Origin: Geopsychrobacteraceae bacterium | Lineage (GTDB): Bacteria; Desulfobacterota; Desulfuromonadia; Desulfuromonadales; Geopsychrobacteraceae | NCBI GenBank assembly: GCA_963662315.1 | Contig: OY759353.1 | Location: 3,648,001-3,712,000 of the forward strand | Direction: 5' to 3' | DNA: 64,000 bases | In this document: one piece after another, positions 57,500 to 64,000 of the stretch | Layout of the letters: every line of letters starts with the position of its first letter | Position numbering within the stretch: position 1 is the stretch's first letter | Position numbers and translations under genes: made by a program | The notes under the pieces: model-generated | Database searches by the model: none | The model's input: only the letters and a program-made list of their open reading frames with translations | What the model was told of the DNA's origin: nothing

Positions 57500-59797
57500 C
57501 TACCACACTTTGAAGATTGATGCGATCTCTGCTGTGAAAGCTGCTGCAATTGCCTTGATTGCTGGAAGATCTGGATGAACATTGTCACCAATTGTCATAG
57601 CCTCCAGGTTTTCGCCAACAGCCCCTAGAGGATCTGCAATGCCATGTCCATTATCTGCTGCAAACTTTGCTAATGCAGATCGAATTCGCCCTCCCTTATA
57701 TCCATTCGCAGTCACAGAAAACATCGGTGGAAGACCAAAAATTATTTTAGCGGATGGATTGCTCAATAGAATAATTGACTCTAATGACTCAAGGTTTGCG
57801 TAAAATGATGTCACAGCGGTCCCCTGAGCAATGTCATTTGTTCCAATTAGAACACAAACAACATCATCTTCTGAAAAATCAGAAGCTTGTGCATAAGCAA
57901 TCTGATCCGATAATTTATCTCCATTGACCGCTAGATTTTTACTCAAGGACACAGATCCTATCCCTTCAAAACCTTCTAACCATTCTTTCATCAAGTCAGG
58001 CCAAACAGTATTCTGTCCTGATCCTGCCGTCAGAGAATCACCTATAAATGAGATAACAATCTTCTTTTTCTTGCCTAAAAATGATGGTTTCCCATTGTAA
58101 TCTACTCCATACCAAATTCCAGAGGATGAACCCTCTTTAGCGTTACCATTATCGAAGCCTAAAAATAGTTTTTCGACATTCCCAGTTGGCATTGTCAGAG
58201 ACCCTATTAATAAATGATTTGAAAAATAATCAATTTTATTTGCTTCTGAGACATAGGCTCCAACTAGAACACTATGAGATGGCCCAAAAACATAGGACTC
58301 ACTTGGCATTGAGTGTCTTGAAATACGACTCCATATATTTGGATAATCGACCCCGATCATGTTTATTTCATTGTCTTCCACAGAAAATGAATTTTGTTTG
58401 TCCATTATTTCAATGCCACGCATTTCTGAATTTATCGTATCAAGCCCGACAAAATATCCCTTTGAGGAAGAAGAGCTTGAAGCACTAAACATACAAAATT
58501 CATAATAGTGTCCAACTTCTGGAGCAAATTCCAGCCCCAAAAAGATAGTATTCCCTCCACTATCTTTATCAACTCTAAATTCATTTTCTGATACTGTTGG
58601 ATATAATCCACTATCTACATATGATGAAAAATCATATGTATACAGCTTGTCTTGAACTGTGGATAAATTTATACCTTTTTTTTGTGTATATCCTGATCCA
58701 CTCGGAAAATTAGAACGACCTCCTCCGAAAAACCTATTTTCATTGTCATTTGGTAGAAGAGTAACTGTCTTTCCTTTGGCTCTATTTATGAGTTTTATGT
58801 TAGTTAAAGTTTTAATCTTTCGGTAATGTTTAACACCATTTTCAACAGACAAACAAACACCTGGGTCTGTCGATAATATACAATCGGTAAAGTCGAATGC
58901 GGTGCTAAAATAGTAGGTGTTACTAGGAGTAGAGGGGAAATAGATCGGTATCATACTCCCCGCTACCTTTTTTATTTTTTCCATAATTACATCTTCATAA
59001 GTTCCATCTCCGCGCATTCCAAATGTTTTTACATTTATCATATTAGGCTGATCCCACAACCATGCTGAGGATCCATCATTATCCCTTGGGACAATAATAC
59101 TTCCACCATTATCAACATAAGTTCCAACTTCCGCTCCGCTCACAAATCGCCTTGCTGGACCTCCTCCTCCATCACCTGCATCATAATATCCAAGAGGTTG
59201 AACACGACCAACAACACTACCACCTGGAAAGTCTCTAAGATCTTCGATCGTGTCAACTGGGTAGAGCTGCCGTCCCCACAAAGAAACTGCTCCTGATGTT
59301 GGAGTTATCGTAGCTGTAGCATCTGATGGATTTGCCAGTAATTTAAAATTTCCTGAGCTGTCAAACCCAATCAACAAATTTGCACGTTCTTCAATAGAAA
59401 TGGTCTCAAAAGATGTTGTTTTTTCACCTATTGGTAATTTTATAGAGCGACCAATATCGCGTGAAATCTGTTGTAGAATCATATAAATTCGATCAAAATC
59501 ATTATCAACTACTGATTCACGAAATTCACCTTGGTATTTATAGTCAGTATCTCTCTTATTGTCACAGTCACGATAAACAACAACCTGAGTGCCACAATCA
59601 GGAGCTTTAAGAAAAATAACTTCACCACCGTTGTCCTCCCCAACTCCAGTGACATAGTAATCAGTTTGGAAAATCTTTAATTTAGCATCAACTTCAACCT
59701 TTAAGTCGTCATATTTCGAGATTTTAAAATCGAACGGGAATGTCGTGCTACCGGAAGCGACTGAGGTATTGACGGGATATTGGTCTTCCAGGGCCAT
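57500..59797 (-). CDS. Phage tail fibre/tailspike with a C-terminal SGNH hydrolase
   Basis: T7 gp17-like N-terminus (TTFPFDF...DLKVEV), GYYDAGDGGGG, GDSLT...GTND...DNVHP. Confidence 0.85.
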   Translation of the reverse strand: MALEDQYPVNTSVASGSTTFPFDFKISKYDDLKVEVDAKLKIFQTDYYVTGVGEDNGGEVIFLKAPDCGTQVVVYRDCDNKRDTDYKYQGEFRESVVDNDFDRIYMILQQISRDIGRSIKLPIGEKTTSFETISIEERANLLIGFDSSGNFKLLANPSDATATITPTSGAVSLWGRQLYPVDTIEDLRDFPGGSVVGRVQPLGYYDAGDGGGGPARRFVSGAEVGTYVDNGGSIIVPRDNDGSSAWLWDQPNMINVKTFGMRGDGTYEDVIMEKIKKVAGSMIPIYFPSTPSNTYYFSTAFDFTDCILSTDPGVCLSVENGVKHYRKIKTLTNIKLINRAKGKTVTLLPNDNENRFFGGGRSNFPSGSGYTQKKGINLSTVQDKLYTYDFSSYVDSGLYPTVSENEFRVDKDSGGNTIFLGLEFAPEVGHYYEFCMFSASSSSSSKGYFVGLDTINSEMRGIEIMDKQNSFSVEDNEINMIGVDYPNIWSRISRHSMPSESYVFGPSHSVLVGAYVSEANKIDYFSNHLLIGSLTMPTGNVEKLFLGFDNGNAKEGSSSGIWYGVDYNGKPSFLGKKKKIVISFIGDSLTAGSGQNTVWPDLMKEWLEGFEGIGSVSLSKNLAVNGDKLSDQIAYAQASDFSEDDVVCVLIGTNDIAQGTAVTSFYANLESLESIILLSNPSAKIIFGLPPMFSVTANGYKGGRIRSALAKFAADNGHGIADPLGAVGENLEAMTIGDNVHPDLPAIKAIAAAFTAEIASIFKVW

Positions 59798-59813
59798 GGG
59801 GCACCTCCTTTAT

Positions 59814-61451
59814 TTAACGGCCGAAATCGACCTGCAGTTCTTGAGTTTCATAACCTGGCCGCCAGTCGTTCATCTCGGCAACTTGCGGATTTGGATTCTT
59901 TCCTATTCGCACAGGAGTGTCTGCGATCGCGCCGGCGCCGGCATCGAGATAATCGTCCGGCTGATCGAGAACTTTCGGATCCCATTGTCGCATCTGCTTT
60001 GCGGCATCGCCCTGGGTCACGCACTGGTGAGCGTAGAGATACATCCCTGACAGTGGTGTTTCGAAAGCATCAAGGATCCGGACATTTTTATTGGTACTTT
60101 CGGGCTGCTCCAGGACACCACAGTTAAGTCCTGATCGCTGCAGGTGCCCCTTAAGGATTGTCGGGACATGGCCACCAACTCCAGCTGTCTTCACGGTCAC
60201 TGCTGGAAGGTGGTAATGCTTAACCAGTTTGACAATGTCCTGACACTGATCATCGATATCACCGCGCAGATCCCCGGCGTACTGCCAGAACAGATAGCCT
60301 CTGGAATCGGTAAAAATAATGACGAAAGCGCTGGCGTCGCTCTTGATCTTACCCAGGGAATTATCCCAGACTGCAGACACGCCGATCATCCTCATGCCAT
60401 TGAGCCAGCATGTCAGTTCACCATTAACCTGCCGAAACTCGGGCTCTTCCGCATATTCGATCATCCGGTTCGGATCGAGACGAACCTGACCGATCTGGGC
60501 CGCATGGAGCATATACTGACTGTCCCACTCTCCCCAGGACCTGCAGCGGCCAATACGCCAGGTAATTTCTTCCCGGGTAAAACGTTTCGGCCAGGTCGGA
60601 TCTGAATAAATACTGATCCGCTCTTCTGGATTAAGTGGTGTCCGGAGAGTCACCCGACCACCGCGGTAATCTCTGACCCCATGAACCAGGTACTCTTTTT
60701 TATCGAGAACCCGGGGACGCGAATTCCCGACCAGGACATAGAGGTGATCTTCGGTCGGGATCCGCCAATCAAAGGGGAAATCTCTCGTCTTCGTCTTCGC
60801 TATATGGGTTACTTCGCGTCCGAACAACGGGATCTCAAGCAGATCCGCGCCGTCCTCAATCTGTTCTTTGTAGATCGAATCAACACAGTGGTCAGTTCCG
60901 ATATAGAGAATTTTCCCTCCCGGTACCAGGATGTGAGTTTCCTCGCTCAAACGTTCGCGCAGGCTTTCGCGCAGTGCCGGCGTCCGGATCGTCTTCGGAA
61001 CCTCGACGTCATCATTGATGAATTCTTCAGCCCGGCCACCGGTCAGGTTGCTCATAATCCCATAAGCAGAGACAGAAGGATTCCGTGGATCATTCGCCTC
61101 GGCAACCTCAAAGGTATGAGTTTTCCAAAGACCTTTCTTTGGCCTCATCCCGCGGCACATTCGATGTCGATCGATAACGTTCCGCGCGTCCCTGGAGAGC
61201 TTGGCGCCGTCCTTATCTGTTGCGGACAGAACCTGAAACCGCCACCCGGGAGAATCCTTCAATTTCCATGGAACATAGCGGCCGGCAATGGTAGACTTAC
61301 TGAATCCGCGATGAGCTTTAAAAACGGCAACCCGTCCGGTCCTTCCATTCTCCAGCCATTCGCAGGCCTCAAGATGTTCATCCGGAACATCCCAGCCAAC
61401 CAGGTTTCCCCAGGACAAGTAGAACGCCGGGAAACTGACGTAATTCCCCAT
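59814..61451 (-). CDS. Phage terminase large subunit
   Basis: AHRGFSKST Walker A, TGGRA...INDDVE Walker B, YIGT, RNase H-like acidic residues (WDNS, SDAS, DDYLDA). Confidence 0.9.
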   Translation of the reverse strand: MGNYVSFPAFYLSWGNLVGWDVPDEHLEACEWLENGRTGRVAVFKAHRGFSKSTIAGRYVPWKLKDSPGWRFQVLSATDKDGAKLSRDARNVIDRHRMCRGMRPKKGLWKTHTFEVAEANDPRNPSVSAYGIMSNLTGGRAEEFINDDVEVPKTIRTPALRESLRERLSEETHILVPGGKILYIGTDHCVDSIYKEQIEDGADLLEIPLFGREVTHIAKTKTRDFPFDWRIPTEDHLYVLVGNSRPRVLDKKEYLVHGVRDYRGGRVTLRTPLNPEERISIYSDPTWPKRFTREEITWRIGRCRSWGEWDSQYMLHAAQIGQVRLDPNRMIEYAEEPEFRQVNGELTCWLNGMRMIGVSAVWDNSLGKIKSDASAFVIIFTDSRGYLFWQYAGDLRGDIDDQCQDIVKLVKHYHLPAVTVKTAGVGGHVPTILKGHLQRSGLNCGVLEQPESTNKNVRILDAFETPLSGMYLYAHQCVTQGDAAKQMRQWDPKVLDQPDDYLDAGAGAIADTPVRIGKNPNPQVAEMNDWRPGYETQELQVDFGR

Positions 61452-61838
61452 TCACTTTTTTCCCCCGCTGACCAGGCGCGGTCTTGTCCTGGCCAGGCGC
61501 TTTTTTGCTTCTCTCTCGAAACGGGCAATTTCCTCGTCGTCTGCCTCTTCAACACCGCCTGCAACGCCACCGGCGCCGGTCGCTTCTAAGTAGCGCTCGA
61601 TATTCAGCAGCATGGCCATGGTCTGGTTGGCATTCTTCTTCTCCCAATACCTTTCACCTTTCCATCCGGTCTTCACCTTCATGACTTCGGATGGTTTGGC
61701 CCCAGCCTCGAGAAGTTCCTGAGCTTCTTCCTTGGCGCTTTCTTCATTGGTCCAGTTCTCCGGATCCGCCTCCTCGAGGTAAACATCGAGAAGGCGTTCA
61801 CGGATGCCATGAAGCTTTTTCCGCTTGGTTTCTTTCAT
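61452..61838 (-). CDS. Putative terminase small subunit
   Basis: Directly upstream of terL; EADPENW, GERYWEKKNA. Confidence 0.6.
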   Translation of the reverse strand: MKETKRKKLHGIRERLLDVYLEEADPENWTNEESAKEEAQELLEAGAKPSEVMKVKTGWKGERYWEKKNANQTMAMLLNIERYLEATGAGGVAGGVEEADDEEIARFEREAKKRLARTRPRLVSGGKK

Positions 61839-61847
61839 CAGATCCTC

Positions 61848-62387
61848 CTAGCGGTTTTTCATCCCTGGAGGGGACAGAGCCCGATCACCGAACCACCAGA
61901 CCCCGGCCGTTGTTGCCGAAAACACGATCGAATAAACGATATACTTGATGATCGCCACCATTTCGGAAGGAGAGAGATTCCCAGCCAGCACACCGCCAGA
62001 TTTAACAATATCCAGGAAAACCATATAGGTCATGACGAACAAACCCAATGTCAGCAAGGGGCGGAACAAATCCTTGATCGCATTGACCCACTTGTAACTT
62101 TCTCCGGCCTTGCGTTCCATGGCCACGGAGCTTTGCAACGATTTCCAGCTCCCCTGGGAAGATGCCAGGGCAATGGCCTGTTCGTTTTCTTCCTGCTTCG
62201 CCTGCATCTGCAGCTTCTGTAGATCCGTCTCATAAGCCCACTTGTCCTTCTGGAACTCATGTTCCTGCTTCGCCTGCTTCATTTTCATCCAGGCGCTGAT
62301 CGCGCTGCCGAACAGCCCAAAGATACCTCCTCCTGCAGCTGCAGCTCCGGTACCGAGAATCGTGCTTAAAATCGAACTCCAGTCCAT
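61848..62387 (-). CDS. Holin-like membrane protein
   Basis: N-terminal hydrophobic segment, coiled region, two TM helices, WWFGDR; follows the endolysin. Confidence 0.6.
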   Translation of the reverse strand: MDWSSILSTILGTGAAAAGGGIFGLFGSAISAWMKMKQAKQEHEFQKDKWAYETDLQKLQMQAKQEENEQAIALASSQGSWKSLQSSVAMERKAGESYKWVNAIKDLFRPLLTLGLFVMTYMVFLDIVKSGGVLAGNLSPSEMVAIIKYIVYSIVFSATTAGVWWFGDRALSPPGMKNR

Positions 62388-62770
62388 ATCTTCTTTCCTC
62401 CTTCTGTCCACCATTCGCGTGAACGTCCAAGATCTACGTGCAAAAATGTTGAATAAAAACCAAACCCATGAAAGCCAACGTCACGGCAGGCCTGTAGAAG
62501 TTGCTCTTTGTCATGGTCGGCCAGGTTGATATCGAATGCGATCTGCTTATGTTGTGACAGTGGCGCGCCGCCGATTCTGGCGTTATGGATCGCGCATCGA
62601 TGCGCAGAATTGATCTGTATCGGTTTGCCGACCAAACGTCTCACTGCCTGGATATGATCAAAATGTTCAGGCAACAGAATCAACTCTCCACAACAGTGGC
62701 AGGCAAACTCCCCAGGGTGAAAGTTCGGCCACCTCGCGCAGTCCCAATTGATTTCTGAAAAATGATTCAC
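62366..62770 (-). CDS. Peptidase M15 family endolysin
   Basis: NFHPGEFACHCCG, SAHRC..HN..IGGA..SQH...AFD, FLHVD. Confidence 0.88.
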   Translation of the reverse strand: MNHFSEINWDCARWPNFHPGEFACHCCGELILLPEHFDHIQAVRRLVGKPIQINSAHRCAIHNARIGGAPLSQHKQIAFDINLADHDKEQLLQACRDVGFHGFGFYSTFLHVDLGRSREWWTEGGKKIWTGVRF

Positions 62771-64000
62771 TATCGACCTCCAAACGCTTCTTTAAGATCC
62801 GGAACTTTCGGTTGGTTTTCGTCAGGTGACCACCACCAGGACTGATTCTGTTGACGCTCGACCCGTCTCCGGACACGGCGCAGATATCCCGGGTTGGCTG
62901 CTTCCTGGGCGTGAAAGAATAAAGCATGATCAAGTGCTAGGCGCGTATACCAGAGATTCATCAGGGGAGTATAGTTCTTGATAAACTGGATAGTTTCTGC
63001 CGCCAACTTTGGATCTTTCCCTTCTGCTACCTGCTGAACATTTCCGACAGTTAGGCGTTTAAAATCTCCAGCGAATCCAACAACGGGACCAAGGAACGAT
63101 TCAGCTAGATCACCACCAAAGCGGTTAGCATCAGAGAACATGAAGTCTCCGAAGATCCCGAGCCCACCAGATTGCATAAATGCAGCTGCCATAAAACCAA
63201 GAGAATCCATGTCTCGTGGATTACGACCTTTGGCAAGTTCCTTTAATTGGATAGTCATTGCGCCAGCAATCGTTCCGATTAATAGAAATTCAGTAAAAGC
63301 TCTAGTCTTCCCAAGAGGCGCCCCCTCTCCACTTTTAACAACTCTTGGAATGGCTTTTGTTATCATCGCAATTGAAAAAGTTTTAAAGAAAGCAATACTT
63401 CTAACAATTTCACCGCTGATCTCCCCTTCGCTAGTTTTTCCTAAAAAGTAAGTCCGTGTTTTTGCATCAGGCTGCAAAATAGCAAAATCAGCTTCCTCCG
63501 CCATCATGGCGCCGACCTTCTCTGCAGCCGAGCGAACTTCAGCATAGGCCTTGGCGTCATATTCCCTGGGGACATATCTTGATACTGTGTGCGGGGTAAT
63601 CGTCTGTTCTCCTGCCAAAGTGACGGTTTCCGATGAGCGAATAATGTCCCACTCTTTTGCCGTGATTCCGTAACGGCGAATCATCTCGCCGAATTTTCCT
63701 GAAAGTTGATCAAAGGAAATATTTTTCGCGTCAGCCAAATGCCAGCCTATCGACACCTGAAAGGCCTGTTTCAGACTGTCTGTCCAATGCTGGGCACCAC
63801 TCCATTTCACAGTTGCGTTCGCCAGTTTACTGGTCCATCCTTGGCCATTTCCGGTATCTCCACCGTAACGTAGAGCAGCATCTCCGAGAACCATCTGGGC
63901 GAGAATCCCGTGTCTTCGGGCTGCCTTTCTATCGCTAGCATTAGCCGGATTAAATAGGCTTATGGCCGCGCGAATAGTTTTACCTGCCCCAAGGCCATCG
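62770..64000 (-). CDS. Internal virion (ejection) protein, partial
   Basis: Frame stays open to the window end; FKTFSI, GGLGIFGD, LGPVVG, NLWYTR resemble podoviral internal proteins. Confidence 0.65.
   Translation of the reverse strand, partial: DGLGAGKTIRAAISLFNPANASDRKAARRHGILAQMVLGDAALRYGGDTGNGQGWTSKLANATVKWSGAQHWTDSLKQAFQVSIGWHLADAKNISFDQLSGKFGEMIRRYGITAKEWDIIRSSETVTLAGEQTITPHTVSRYVPREYDAKAYAEVRSAAEKVGAMMAEEADFAILQPDAKTRTYFLGKTSEGEISGEIVRSIAFFKTFSIAMITKAIPRVVKSGEGAPLGKTRAFTEFLLIGTIAGAMTIQLKELAKGRNPRDMDSLGFMAAAFMQSGGLGIFGDFMFSDANRFGGDLAESFLGPVVGFAGDFKRLTVGNVQQVAEGKDPKLAAETIQFIKNYTPLMNLWYTRLALDHALFFHAQEAANPGYLRRVRRRVERQQNQSWWWSPDENQPKVPDLKEAFGGR

Larger units (their letters stand above)
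57439..64000 (-). mobile_element. Podovirus-like prophage adjacent to tRNA-Phe (continues beyond the window)
   Basis: Contiguous tail fibre, terL, terS, holin-like, endolysin and internal virion genes begin about 60 bp after the tRNA. Confidence 0.85.

Noticed and set aside
57439..59797. Diversity-generating retroelement or invertible tail-fibre cassette
   Set aside because: No reverse transcriptase, invertase or TR/VR repeat pair seen in the window
60681..61589. 302 aa plus-strand ORF
   Set aside because: Antisense to terL and terS, no motifs

Overview
Bacterial chromosome segment whose gene content suggests Desulfuromonadales (inference from PFOR, mglAB, the futalosine pathway and flagellar gene order). 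1-17 kb is a flagellin-modification island with two radical SAM/SPASM proteins, two B12 radical SAM proteins, FkbM, a GT-C glycosyltransferase, an epimerase, an Fe-ADH plus a split ThDP decarboxylase, NeuB, an ATP-grasp ligase and a GH57-like protein. 17-30 kb is a late flagellar locus (fliC-maf-fliC-flaG-fliD-fliS, PilZ, GGDEF, FliK-like, FlhB-like). 30-57 kb is core genome: tRNA-Ser, SRP RNA, dnaX-ybaB-recR, PFOR, an AlaA-like aminotransferase, gshA, tkt, uppP, serA, tRNA-Asn, mglAB, mqnBD, serC, aroF and tRNA-Phe. From 57.5 kb to the end is the late-gene end of a podovirus-like prophage next to tRNA-Phe. The strongest signals outside the ORF track are an Ala-codon leader-peptide attenuator before the aminotransferase, a Phe/Tyr/Trp attenuator before aroF, a complete -1 frameshift cassette in dnaX, a tail-fibre N-terminal-like domain inserted in the phage large terminase, a small Cys-rich protein with an SspB-like ClpX-binding tail, and stacked structured repeats after tRNA-Ser. 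All protein calls come from motif recognition by eye; no database searches were run.
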